Part shown: piece after piece, positions 9,038 through 18,348 of the stretch | Position numbering within the stretch: the stretch's first letter is position 1 | How the letters are laid out: each line of letters opens with the position of its first letter | Source: Candidatus Magasanikiibacteriota bacterium | GTDB taxonomy: Bacteria > Patescibacteriota > Patescibacteriia > Magasanikbacterales > UBA922 | DNA: 64,000 nt | Direction: 5' to 3' | Assembly (NCBI GenBank): GCA_052033375.1 | Contig: JBPOJQ010000014.1 | Span: forward strand, 342-64,341 | Translations under genes and position numbers: made by a program | Notes under the pieces: generated by a model | Seen by the model: the letters and a program-made list of their open reading frames with translations, nothing else | Databases searched by the model: none | What the model was told of the DNA's origin: nothing

Positions 9038-9949
9038 ATGAAAAAAATTGCTGTTTTTTTTAAATTTCCTGGGGCAATGGATTATCCCTTATCCAAACCA
9101 ACATATTGGGCTTCATACTCCGAACTATCAGAGGCTATTAGCAATGCTGGTGGACAGCTCTATATCGTAAGAGGTCAGGACACATATCAAGGGCGCGGCT
9201 CTTTCTCAAATTCATGGATTATCAAAAATGATTCTCTTGTAGAAGCTGGGCCGATTGTTGCTGACGTTATTTACAATAAAGACAAGGGGCAGTTTAAAAA
9301 TGACCCCACACCAATCTTTAACTGCGAAAAAATAAAACAGATATGTGACGACAAATGGATCATGTATCAAACTTTTCCTGATTATTGTCCAAAAACTTTT
9401 TTTGTTACGACCGAGGAAGAGCTCCACTCTATACTACCTAATGTTTCTACTTCAAAAGTGGTATTTAAGCCGTATACGGGTGGTGAGGGAAAGGGTATCC
9501 ATATCGAAGAGAAGAATTATTTCTTAACTCTTCCTGAATTACTTGATTTTCCAGCAGTGGTATCGGAATTTTTAGATACCTCGTGTGGAATACCTGGAAT
9601 TGTCGATGGTTTGCATGACTTGCGCGTAGCTATTTTTGACGGAGAAATCCTCTACTCCTATGTAAGAACCCCTCCCAAAGACAGTTTTCTTGCAAATGTC
9701 TCCAAAGGGGGACGATTTGAGATGGTCGACACTAAACGATTGCCAGAAGAAGTGGCTGAAATGACTCATACAATCGACTCGACGCTATCTGACTGCGGTC
9801 ATCGCTTTTATGGGATCGATTTTGGTTACACGATGGATGGGCCAAAAATTATTGAAATGAATTCTGAGCTTGGACTCCTGCCAAATGAAGACCATCCTGT
9901 CTTTATTACCCTCAAAAACAAGCTGGCGCGAGTTTTTATGGATTTATAG
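9038..9949 (+). CDS. ATP-grasp ligase, RimK/GshB-like
   Basis: DKW..Y, VFKP..G..GKG, DLRV, ANVS.GG, IDF...IIEMN. Confidence 0.8.
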   Translation: MKKIAVFFKFPGAMDYPLSKPTYWASYSELSEAISNAGGQLYIVRGQDTYQGRGSFSNSWIIKNDSLVEAGPIVADVIYNKDKGQFKNDPTPIFNCEKIKQICDDKWIMYQTFPDYCPKTFFVTTEEELHSILPNVSTSKVVFKPYTGGEGKGIHIEEKNYFLTLPELLDFPAVVSEFLDTSCGIPGIVDGLHDLRVAIFDGEILYSYVRTPPKDSFLANVSKGGRFEMVDTKRLPEEVAEMTHTIDSTLSDCGHRFYGIDFGYTMDGPKIIEMNSELGLLPNEDHPVFITLKNKLARVFMDL

Positions 9950-10430
9950 AAGAAGAATACCCATAAAACTCCTGTCCCACGTGGTACATCCCAATCCCCG
10001 CAGCTACAGACACATTCAAACTCTCTTTCATCCCACGCATAGGAATATGCACAATAATATCGCTCTTTTGAAGACTTTTCGTATCAATACCATCAACTTC
10101 ATTTCCTACAATAAGTGCTATTTTTGTTCCTAACATTTTCTTAGTCAGGGTCCCTAGATCAACACTCTTTTTTGTTTTTTCCAAAGCAACAATCGTATAC
10201 CCTTCTTTTTTCAAACTAGTAAGTAATCGTGCGAGACTCTTCTTGTGTTCCCAGGGCACTGTTTTTTCAGCTCCCAGTGCCACCTTATCTATTTCAGGTC
10301 TGGGAGGTACCGGTGTATACCCTACGAGATAAATGTTATTAAATCCACATGCATCAGCTGTGCGAAACATAGCCCCTACATTGTGGCACGAGCGAATATT
10401 AGGGAGTATGAGAGAAAGTTCTGGTTTCAT
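9936..10430 (-). CDS. SpoU/TrmH-family RNA methyltransferase
   Basis: N.GAMFRTADA, GNE..G, IPM.G..ESLNVSVA SPOUT motifs. Confidence 0.9.
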   Translation of the reverse strand: MKPELSLILPNIRSCHNVGAMFRTADACGFNNIYLVGYTPVPPRPEIDKVALGAEKTVPWEHKKSLARLLTSLKKEGYTIVALEKTKKSVDLGTLTKKMLGTKIALIVGNEVDGIDTKSLQKSDIIVHIPMRGMKESLNVSVAAGIGMYHVGQEFYGYSSSINP

Positions 10431-10447
10431 AGGATCTAAGCATAGCG

Positions 10448-10480
10448 AAAAAAAGACTGGATTTCAACCAGTCTTTTTTT
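10448..10480 (-). terminator. Intrinsic terminator
   Basis: AAAAAAAGACTGG-loop-CCAGTCTTTTTTT. Confidence 0.65.
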
Positions 10481-10483
10481 CTG

Positions 10484-11464
10484 TTAATTTTGGGGACGTT
10501 CTTGAAGAGGAAGTATAGGACGAAGTTGTTTCTGCCCTCTACCAGACTCATCTTCTTCACGTTCTTCTTCACGTGCCTCTGTCCGTTTTTCGATTCGTTC
10601 GGACTTGCGTACGTCTTCAGAACTGTCATCTGCTTTTTCTCTTTCTTTAATTTTTTGCTTCAATTCTTCTCTACCTTCTTTTCTCTCCTCAATATTTATT
10701 TTAATCTCGGTGCGACGATCTTCTCGGAGGGTCTGCAATTCTTCTTTTGCAGAATCATCCCCCGATTTTATTCGGTCTAAAAGCACTTTTTGTTCATTTC
10801 TGAATTCTTGTACTTCTTCCACATGATCTTCAATACGAGCCTTCACTTCTTTTAGATGTTCTCGTACTTCTTCAGGGATAGTACTATTTTCAAGCGAATT
10901 CAAAAGTTCTTGTCTTTTTTGCTCTGCCTGCAGACGCATATTTTCTACACGCTCGAGCTGTTCAGGTGTAAGTTTTTTCTCTAATTTTGAGAAAAATTCT
11001 TCTCTATGTTCTTTAAAATTAATTAAATTTTTCAACAAAAGCTTTGCCCGTGCATCTGGATTTTCCAAAAGCTTTTCTTTAACACTATCTGCACGCTCTT
11101 CCAATTCCCCAGCTCGTTTAATCACCCGATCAAGACGTGCTTGCACTTTTGGATCATCTGTCTTTTCCGCCATTTTTTCTGCAATCCGAGTTCGTTCTTC
11201 GGCAAATTTAAGCGCTTTTTCTGCTTTTTTTACCGGATCAAACGTGGTCAGAAGTGACACACGCTCTCGAATACCTAAGAAAAACAAACCCCAACCACTT
11301 ACCTCATCAGATGCTTCTGCCTCTCCGCTGGTAGCAGAGCTGGCGGTTACGTCTGATGAAGTCTCGGTTGTAGTCCCGTCCACTTGCGCCCGAACCAATG
11401 ATGGTGAGCCTACTAATAGGACCCCGAATACTACCACACACACACGATAGATAAACTTATTCAT
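10484..11464 (-). CDS. Secreted coiled-coil protein (DUF5667-like)
   Basis: Signal peptide, E...L..TFDP.KKAE..L.FAEER motif, E/K-rich tail. Confidence 0.7.
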   Translation of the reverse strand: MNKFIYRVCVVVFGVLLVGSPSLVRAQVDGTTTETSSDVTASSATSGEAEASDEVSGWGLFFLGIRERVSLLTTFDPVKKAEKALKFAEERTRIAEKMAEKTDDPKVQARLDRVIKRAGELEERADSVKEKLLENPDARAKLLLKNLINFKEHREEFFSKLEKKLTPEQLERVENMRLQAEQKRQELLNSLENSTIPEEVREHLKEVKARIEDHVEEVQEFRNEQKVLLDRIKSGDDSAKEELQTLREDRRTEIKINIEERKEGREELKQKIKEREKADDSSEDVRKSERIEKRTEAREEEREEDESGRGQKQLRPILPLQERPQN

Positions 11465-11521
11465 AATAATATAGAAAAATATAAGTGATGAAAGCAGCCC
11501 GGGTGGGCTGCTCCACTTCTA

Positions 11522-11650
11522 TCACCTGATAGCGAGACGAGGAACAAAGATAAATACTGCAAGTGCAATAGCTACCCCTGTTGCGAGATAATAATATACT
11601 AAAGAAAACTCAGACTTTACGGCGTCTGTGGCCATATATTTGTGTTGCAT
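11522..11650 (-). CDS. Putative 42-aa single-pass membrane peptide (below ORF-track cutoff)
   Basis: MQHKYMATDAVKSEFSLVYYYLATGVAIALAVFIFVPRLAIR; upstream TTGACA-17-TATAGT promoter, downstream GC hairpin. Confidence 0.45.
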   Translation of the reverse strand: MQHKYMATDAVKSEFSLVYYYLATGVAIALAVFIFVPRLAIR

Positions 11651-11822
11651 ATGTTTTTATGTTTGTTTTAAGGCGCAAGATTTTGCGTCTGTACTTTTTT
11701 GTATATTGTATGTTGCAACGTTATATACTATACCACAAAAAAGTGCTTTTGTCAATCCCAAAAAAACTGTTTTATAGAAAAAAAATACTAATTTTGTTAT
11801 GATGTGTGTACATGAATGCCAC

Positions 11823-12252
11823 AAAAAACAAATAGCAAGGAACAAAATACAAAAAATATAATTACTGATGATTATATGATCAGCAAAACCAATCCTTTAT
11901 ACGCAAAAGCTGATTTACTTGCAAAAACAGTGTACAACGTTACCCGATCTTTTCCAAAAGATGAGTCGTATGGGATGACGTCTCAAATACGTCGAGCAGC
12001 ACTGTCAGTTATTCTTAATATTATTGAGGGTTTCGCTCGCCAAGGTCCTGCTGAATACAGGAGATTTCTCATCATTTCATATGGATCACTTAAAGAAACT
12101 GCCTATCTCATAGACTTTGCAGAAGAGCAAGGATATCTTAATGCTACTTCTCATGATAAGCTACTTCTACTTACTGAAGAATTAGGAAAAATACTCTGGT
12201 CTATCATTCATAAATCTTAATTTGTTTTTTGTTCCTTGCTATTTGCTTTTTT
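11823..12252. repeat. Inverted 7-mer tandem-repeat arms flanking the four-helix-bundle gene
   Basis: Left 11823-11853 and right 12221-12252; 19-bp perfect core CAAATAGCAAGGAACAAAA. Confidence 0.85.
11876..12220 (+). CDS. Four-helix-bundle protein (23S rRNA IVS protein / Avd-like family)
   Basis: FPKDE.YG.TSQIRRAALSV..NI.EG...F..ISYGSL.E signature; alternative start 11816. Confidence 0.9.
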   Translation: MISKTNPLYAKADLLAKTVYNVTRSFPKDESYGMTSQIRRAALSVILNIIEGFARQGPAEYRRFLIISYGSLKETAYLIDFAEEQGYLNATSHDKLLLLTEELGKILWSIIHKS

Positions 12253-13257
12253 ATGCCCACTCTCTCACAATACAAAACTGATTTTCTCGAACATCTCGAA
12301 ATTGAAAAAAATCGAAGTGACAAAACTACCAAAAACTACGATTTTTACCTCAAACGTTTTGTTGAATGGTTCGGGGAAAGCAAAAAACCTTCTGAAATCA
12401 CCTATGAGGATGTTCGTCAATTCAGACTCTGGCTACATAGACTTGTAGACGTACATGGCGAACCTCTCAAAAAAAACACACAGAACTACCACCTGATTGC
12501 ACTCCGAACATTTCTCAAATATCTTGCCAAGCGAGACGTGCCAACGCTCCCAGCAGAAAAAATTGAACTCATGAAGATGCCTGATCGAGAAGTATCTTTT
12601 CTTGACGGAAGTGATCTCAATCGTATCCTTGAAGCTCCACTCAAAAATATTAATACGAAAAAACTTGAGGCAGAAGGAAGTAAGATTTCCGCAGGACCCA
12701 CCCTCTTAATTGCCTATCGAGATAAATCTATTCTCGAATTACTATTTTCTACTGGACTTCGTGTGTCAGAATTGATAAAACTCAAAAAAGATGATGTGAA
12801 TCTGAAACGCGATGAGTTTACCGTTGTCGGTAAAGGACGTAAAGCTCGCGTCGTCTTTCTTTCTGAACAGGCAAAATATTTTCTCAAAAAATATTTAGAT
12901 CTTCGAAATGATATTCACCCTTATCTCTTTGTTTCTCATGACAAACGCACTAACAAACATGAAGTTGCAAAGAATTCCTCAAAAAACACTCCAGATGAAC
13001 CTCTGACTCCACGCTCAGTGCAGCGCCTGGTCCAAAAGCATGCCCGTGAGGCAGGAATAACCAAACCTGTGACTCCTCATACCATGAGGCATTCCTATGC
13101 CACCGATTTGCTCCAAAATGGGGCTGACATACGGAGTGTGCAATCAATGCTTGGACATGCGTCGATTACCACTACCCAAATCTATACCCACATTACTGAC
13201 AAAGAATTGCTTAATATACACAAAAAATTTCATGGAAAGAAACGAAAAGACGATTGA
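12253..13257 (+). CDS. Tyrosine recombinase, XerC/XerD-like
   Basis: RD..I.ELL.STGLRVSEL, GKG.K.R, PHTMRHSYAT.LL.NGADIRSVQ.MLGH..I.TTQIYTH. Confidence 0.9.
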   Translation: MPTLSQYKTDFLEHLEIEKNRSDKTTKNYDFYLKRFVEWFGESKKPSEITYEDVRQFRLWLHRLVDVHGEPLKKNTQNYHLIALRTFLKYLAKRDVPTLPAEKIELMKMPDREVSFLDGSDLNRILEAPLKNINTKKLEAEGSKISAGPTLLIAYRDKSILELLFSTGLRVSELIKLKKDDVNLKRDEFTVVGKGRKARVVFLSEQAKYFLKKYLDLRNDIHPYLFVSHDKRTNKHEVAKNSSKNTPDEPLTPRSVQRLVQKHAREAGITKPVTPHTMRHSYATDLLQNGADIRSVQSMLGHASITTTQIYTHITDKELLNIHKKFHGKKRKDD

Positions 13258-13295
13258 CAAATGATCAGTTTAAGATTACACTCTTCAAGCATTAA

Positions 13296-13367
13296 GAGCC
13301 CATAGTTCAGTGGATAGAACACTAGCCTTCTAAGCTGGATACGCAGGTTCGATTCCTGCTGGGCTCA
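13296..13367 (+). tRNA. tRNA-Arg (TCT)
   Basis: Cloverleaf GAGCCCA...TGGGCTC, anticodon loop CTTCTAA, GGTTCGATTCC. Confidence 0.95.
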
Positions 13368-13375
13368 CACATGAC

Positions 13376-13405
13376 ATCTGCTCGCCTTAGGCGAGCAGAT
13401 TTTTT
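13376..13405 (+). terminator. Intrinsic terminator after tRNA-Arg
   Basis: ATCTGCTCGCC-TTA-GGCGAGCAGAT followed by T-run. Confidence 0.75.
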
Positions 13406-13459
13406 ATTGACAAAAGATACTCTACACAGTAATTTCTATATGAGGAGGTTTCCACGAAA

Positions 13460-13708
13460 ATGAATAAAAACCAAAAGAATCCGCCCACAGAAGTACTGGG
13501 GTGTAATCGATGTGGGTACCGAGTACCTGAAGGAGAGACCACTCTCAGAAAAGGTCAGCCGTGCCCCAATCGCAGAAAATTCACCGACGGAGCGCGCTAC
13601 ACGGGTATCTACCAACATCTGTACGCTGGTCGCGAGAATCTTGAACCCACACGCGTACCCATGTGCCTACACGGCACACTCCGGTACATTCGGGTCAATT
13701 CTCTCTAG
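13460..13708 (+). CDS. Orphan 82-aa protein, possible Zn-binding (CxxC...C...CxH)
   Basis: TTGACA at 13407, GAGGAGG SD, GC-richer than flanks, long 3' hairpin terminator near 13767-13830. Confidence 0.55.
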   Translation: MNKNQKNPPTEVLGCNRCGYRVPEGETTLRKGQPCPNRRKFTDGARYTGIYQHLYAGRENLEPTRVPMCLHGTLRYIRVNSL

Positions 13709-13904
13709 ACGACATCGCGTCTTTTCTCACCCGACACAGTAAGTGGTGTCCGTCGTGGAAGCAAGACAAGCCACCTCGACGTTATCAGCTTTGTAGCTAT
13801 ACAAGTTTGATAATGGGTGGCTTGTTTTTTCTACTCTTGCAATTACTATCTATTTGCGCAATACTACCTACAGTTTCCTATTATTCTTAACTTACACAAC
13901 ATGT

Positions 13905-14633
13905 ATGTGGGAAATTCTATCTGTGGCCCTATTTGTCATATTAATCAGCGTACGACAAGTAAACCAATACCAGCGCGGTGTAAAATTTCAGTTGGGTAAA
14001 TATGTCAAAATCGTAGAACCTGGATGGAGATTGGTTTTTCCTATTTTCCAGAGCATGCAAAAGGTAGATATTCGCACCAAGGCAGTTGATGTGCCCTACC
14101 AGGAAGCAATTACCAAAGATAACGTATCTGCAAAAATTAATGCTGTTATCTACTACCGCGTAGCTGATGCAGCAAAAGCAGTCCTCGAAGTGGAAAATTT
14201 CTGGTTTGCAGTATCACAGCTAGCACAAACCACCATGCGAAATGTGGTTGGACAACTCGAGCTCGATGAATTACTTGCTCGACGAGAAGAAGCTGCTAAA
14301 AAAATCCGTGAAATTATTGATGTAGCAACAGACGTATGGGGTATCAAAGTCGAAACGGTTGAATTAAAAGACATCACCCTTCCTGATGATATGCAGCGCG
14401 TAATTGCAAAACAGGCTGAAGCTGAACGTGAGAAACGCTCAGTAATCATCAAAGCAGAGGGAGAAATTGCTGCTGCTGAAAATATTGCAAAAGCAGCCCG
14501 TATGCTCTCTGATGCACCTGGAGCACTCCATCTTCGCACACTCAGCACGATTAATGATGTCAGTTCTGATCAATCCAACACTATCATTTTTGCAGTTCCT
14601 CTTGAGGTGCTTCGTTCATTTGAAAAAAAATAA
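13905..14633 (+). CDS. SPFH/band-7 (slipin/stomatin-like) protein
   Basis: N-terminal TM, VDIRT, ITKDNV, LAQTTMR, WGIKV..VE.KD, QAEAERE. Confidence 0.92.
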   Translation: MWEILSVALFVILISVRQVNQYQRGVKFQLGKYVKIVEPGWRLVFPIFQSMQKVDIRTKAVDVPYQEAITKDNVSAKINAVIYYRVADAAKAVLEVENFWFAVSQLAQTTMRNVVGQLELDELLARREEAAKKIREIIDVATDVWGIKVETVELKDITLPDDMQRVIAKQAEAEREKRSVIIKAEGEIAAAENIAKAARMLSDAPGALHLRTLSTINDVSSDQSNTIIFAVPLEVLRSFEKK

Positions 14634-14661
14634 CGATTACACTCAATCTAGACTTTTCTAC

Positions 14662-14691
14662 ACAAACCCTCTTCATGAGAAGAGGGTTTGT
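14662..14691 (+). terminator. Hairpin terminator
   Basis: ACAAACCCTCTTC-loop-GAAGAGGGTTTGT. Confidence 0.55.
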
Positions 14692-14778
14692 AATATGATT
14701 GACAAAAGTGACACGTTTATATATACTCTTCAACACGTTTATACGGGTGTATACAGTGACAATTAAGCGATATAGTGG

Positions 14779-14853
14779 GGTGGCTATGGTGTAATGGTAG
14801 CACAGGAGATTGTGGCTCTCCTAGCACGGGTTCAATTCCCGTTAGTCACCCCA
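14779..14853 (+). tRNA. tRNA-His (GTG)
   Basis: G-1 plus GTGGCTA...TAGTCAC, C73, encoded CCA, anticodon loop TTGTGGC. Confidence 0.95.
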
Positions 14854-15025
14854 GTGTACCGCTTCATGTATCATCTATCGTATCAGACGGACCAAACTCC
14901 TTGCATCGGCTCAATTTCTGTGGATTGATCGTAAAAAATGTTTTTTTACAATACAACGCCGACTCAGCGTTGTATTGTTTTCCAAAAATTAGCTATACTT
15001 GCTACTATCATATTCTTTTGCATTT

Positions 15026-16144
15026 ATGCGGACAAAAGTACTCATTGTCTCACTCTCAGCAGGATCGGGACATCTCCAGACAGCTCGGGCTCTCGAAAAA
15101 GCTGCACTACTCGAATTTCCTGAACTTGAGTGTAGACATATCGATATCGCTGACTATATCACTCCATTGCTCAAAAAAGCTACTGTCGAAGGATACGACT
15201 TTCTGGCTGCACATATGCCAAAGGTGTGGTCCGGAATATTTCGACTTACCGATAATCAAACATTTGCCAAAACTTACCAGGCCCTCACCGGATATCTAAA
15301 AATGCTCAATTCATTCGACTTTCTACGCGAAGTAGAAAAATTCAAACCTGACCATATTATTACGACGCATTTCCTGCCTTCAGAAATTCTCGTACACGCC
15401 ATGAAAAAACAAGGTATTTCTATCCCGATTACCCAAATTATTACAGACTATGGAGTACACCCCATGATGATAATCAACGGTGTCACCAACTATGTGGTCA
15501 GCACACCACACATGAAAGAAGAATTGATTCATACGTATCATATTCCTCCCGCACATATATATGACTTTGGTATTCCAATTGATCCCGCTTTTTACCATAT
15601 ACCGCCTCTAGATCCCACTCGATCTAAATATCACATTCCTCACGACAAGCCACTTATTCTGCTCTTATCCGGCGGAAGTGGACTAATTGAGCTTTCAGAC
15701 ATTATTGAAGAATTATTTGCACACATACATACACCAATTACCATTGTTTCCGTGGCAGGAAAAAACAAAAAGCTTTTAGCTCGTATTTCAAAACTTATTC
15801 CTCCGGCACATATTACCTACAGGCCCATTGGGTGGACTGATCATATTCCACAACTCATGAAACTTTCTTCAGTTGTTATTAGTAAGCCAGGAGGCCTCAC
15901 GACTACAGAGTGTATGGCAACTGGCGTACCCCTCATCGCAATTCACCCCATCCCAGGACAAGAAGAATTTAATATTGCATACGTGAAAAAAAACCATCTT
16001 GGTGATTTTGCCCAAACCGCCACTGATATTCCACCTCTTGTCGACAATTATTTTTCAAAAAAATCTGCATACAAAAAACAGACTGTGGTGCAGTCTGGTC
16101 GACAACTTCTCACATGTATTATCCAATCAAAAATCAACCATTAA
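15026..16144 (+). CDS. Glycosyltransferase, MGDG synthase/UgtP-like
   Basis: GSGH..TA.AL, ITDY..H, GIPI, KPGGLT..E, PGQEE.N. Confidence 0.88.
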   Translation: MRTKVLIVSLSAGSGHLQTARALEKAALLEFPELECRHIDIADYITPLLKKATVEGYDFLAAHMPKVWSGIFRLTDNQTFAKTYQALTGYLKMLNSFDFLREVEKFKPDHIITTHFLPSEILVHAMKKQGISIPITQIITDYGVHPMMIINGVTNYVVSTPHMKEELIHTYHIPPAHIYDFGIPIDPAFYHIPPLDPTRSKYHIPHDKPLILLLSGGSGLIELSDIIEELFAHIHTPITIVSVAGKNKKLLARISKLIPPAHITYRPIGWTDHIPQLMKLSSVVISKPGGLTTTECMATGVPLIAIHPIPGQEEFNIAYVKKNHLGDFAQTATDIPPLVDNYFSKKSAYKKQTVVQSGRQLLTCIIQSKINH

Positions 16145-16617
16145 TCAGGATAGAGCCCGTACGTATCTTGATTTATCTGTATAGTCGGATCATACCCCGG
16201 TGACATCGGATTATTAATGCTTCCATATATTCCCATATAAATAAAATAGGTAATGCTGTATGCACCAAGTATTAGCGCCACTCCAACCACACAGTACATC
16301 AATATTTTTTTTCCTACTTCAATTTTTTCTTCATTACCACTCGAGGTCATGATCAAAAATCCAGCGTATAGCGCGAGCACTACTGCAATAATACCAATCA
16401 CACTCAATGATGTCTTAATGAGTCGAGACACGATTATACGTGGGTCAGAGTATTTCAATTCCGCCCCTTTTTGTCCTGCAAATGCATTCAACTGGGCTTC
16501 CATTTCGGATCCCTGAAACTGACCTGGTTTTTGTTCAGCATACACCACCGATGAGATGCCCACAAATATGTGCAAGGCCACAAATGTGAACAGTATTATT
16601 TTTTTTATTGTATACAT
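16141..16617 (-). CDS. VirB2/TrbC-like pilin (CPR type)
   Basis: Signal peptide; YAGF..MTS.GNEE....K......G motif. Confidence 0.8.
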   Translation of the reverse strand: MYTIKKIILFTFVALHIFVGISSVVYAEQKPGQFQGSEMEAQLNAFAGQKGAELKYSDPRIIVSRLIKTSLSVIGIIAVVLALYAGFLIMTSSGNEEKIEVGKKILMYCVVGVALILGAYSITYFIYMGIYGSINNPMSPGYDPTIQINQDTYGLYPD

Positions 16618-16634
16618 AGAAACATGTGCTGTGT

Positions 16635-17045
16635 TTATCCACTGCCGATTGTCTCTGCCAATATCCGGCTTGTAATAAAATTGGTGATACTGTACGCGGA
16701 CACAATAATTATCAATCCTATCACCGCGTATTCAATAATTTTTTTTGCCTTGGACACATTTTCATCATTTCCTGCTGCTGTAAACACTAAAAATCCTGCA
16801 TACACTATTAAAACTACAAATACTATCCCTAATAAGGAAAGTACTAGTTGTATTCCTTTTGCAACGGTGATCCGTATATCTTGCGCTTCGGTACCATACC
16901 CTGCTGCTTTCGATCCTGCATTCAATTGTCCCATGATATCTGGTCCACCAGTAGTAGTCGCACTAGCCTCTAATGGCAATCCACAGACCCCGCACACGAG
17001 GACACCGAGCATACACATAAGGAGAAATTTCTGTGTTTTTTTCAT
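16635..17045 (-). CDS. VirB2/TrbC-like pilin
   Basis: YAGF..FTAAGN.E.V.KAK..I..A.IG motif. Confidence 0.8.
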   Translation of the reverse strand: MKKTQKFLLMCMLGVLVCGVCGLPLEASATTTGGPDIMGQLNAGSKAAGYGTEAQDIRITVAKGIQLVLSLLGIVFVVLIVYAGFLVFTAAGNDENVSKAKKIIEYAVIGLIIIVSAYSITNFITSRILAETIGSG

Positions 17046-17079
17046 ACAAAAGAGTCTGATTGATTTTTCAATACTCACA

Positions 17080-17490
17080 TTAAGGACTTGTGCTTGAAGA
17101 AGTTATTGATCCCTCAAGTACACGCGGTACAACAAATCGAGTAATACTGTATGCCGCCATCAAAATTATCAATCCTATTACTGCCCTACCAATAATATTT
17201 TTTGCCTTAGCCACCTGCTCATCCTCTCCTCGAGCGGTCATCCAGAGATAGCCAGCATACACAATAAGCACCGTGAATAACACCCCTAATATTGAAAATA
17301 GTACAGTGATAATACGACCAATATTTTCTGCTAACGTAGTTTCTGTTGCTTGCACATAGCCTGCTTGCGCACCTGCTTTATGCACGTCTTCGATACCAAG
17401 ATTTTGAGCATGCGTGGTGGTCACTAATAACCCACACACGAGTGTCCCAAGGATAAAACTTATTTTTTTAAATATTTGATGATATGACAT
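17080..17490 (-). CDS. VirB2/TrbC-like pilin
   Basis: YAGYLWMTARGEDEQV.KAK motif. Confidence 0.8.
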   Translation of the reverse strand: MSYHQIFKKISFILGTLVCGLLVTTTHAQNLGIEDVHKAGAQAGYVQATETTLAENIGRIITVLFSILGVLFTVLIVYAGYLWMTARGEDEQVAKAKNIIGRAVIGLIILMAAYSITRFVVPRVLEGSITSSSTSP

Positions 17491-17557
17491 AGTATAAAGT
17501 TGAAATTTTGACTATCAGTGACCTTTTGGCATCCACTCACTGCTCATCCAGGATTGT

Positions 17558-17950
17558 TTAATTTCCACTAAATCGTGATGTGATAAATACTGTAATGGCG
17601 TATGATGACACCACAATAAATAATCCCATTATTGATGATTTGATAATTTCTTTTGCCTTGTTCACCTGCTCATCCTCTCCTCGAGCGGTCATCCAGAGGT
17701 AGCCAGCATACACTGTAAGGACCAAAAATATAATGCCGACCAGACTCAACACTGTCTTTATCACATTGCCCACCACCGCAGATAAATCCGTTGGTACATT
17801 TCCACCAATGCCTTTTTGCACATTTTGTAAATTATTCCCCGCATTTCCGAGGTTCCCAGTTCCGATTACCGTGGCTGGTAGCGCAACAATACCTAGTACC
17901 AAAAGTACTACCTGTACACAAATTTTTTTATATACATCATTTTTTTTCAT
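17558..17950 (-). CDS. VirB2/TrbC-like pilin
   Basis: YAGYLWMTARGEDEQV.KAK motif. Confidence 0.8.
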   Translation of the reverse strand: MKKNDVYKKICVQVVLLVLGIVALPATVIGTGNLGNAGNNLQNVQKGIGGNVPTDLSAVVGNVIKTVLSLVGIIFLVLTVYAGYLWMTARGEDEQVNKAKEIIKSSIMGLFIVVSSYAITVFITSRFSGN

Positions 17951-17961
17951 ACAGAGTTCAT

Positions 17962-18348
17962 TTATTTACCGAAATTGACTGCATTTGTTACAAATGTCGC
18001 TATAGCATATCCGCCGACAGTTATGATAAGACCAATTACTGCCGCAGTGAGTGTCTGACGAGATTTTGCTATTTTTTCTTCCTCACCTCGAGCTAAGAAC
18101 CATGTGATGCCCGCGTATAGGGTAAGCACAAAAAATAAAAGTCCCAACATCCCAAAAATCCACTGGGCCACGTTCCCCACATAGGTAGCTACCTCATTTT
18201 TTGGTAGCCCAGTCGGGGCAATTGTCGAATCAAGAGCAGATCCAGCATCTTCGATAGTTTTTTTTGCATGCGCATACCCCACTTGTACAAAACTTGCACC
18301 TATCACTACCAATGTATACGCAATAATAATACGAGATTTTATTCCCAT
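17962..18348 (-). CDS. VirB2/TrbC-like pilin
   Basis: YAG..WFLARGEEE motif. Confidence 0.8.
   Translation of the reverse strand: MGIKSRIIIAYTLVVIGASFVQVGYAHAKKTIEDAGSALDSTIAPTGLPKNEVATYVGNVAQWIFGMLGLLFFVLTLYAGITWFLARGEEEKIAKSRQTLTAAVIGLIITVGGYAIATFVTNAVNFGK

Noticed and set aside
11876-12220. Diversity-generating retroelement (Avd-like gene)
   Set aside because: No reverse transcriptase and no TR/VR pair in the window; the 121-nt repeat is almost entirely non-coding and its differences are not confined to adenines on one strand
12253-13367. Tyrosine recombinase next to a tRNA as an integrated prophage/ICE boundary
   Set aside because: Protein looks like chromosomal XerC/D, I found no duplicated tRNA 3' end (att) in the window, and there are no phage genes
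14775-15299. 174-aa ORF overlapping tRNA-His
   Set aside because: Spurious frame across a tRNA and the glycosyltransferase gene
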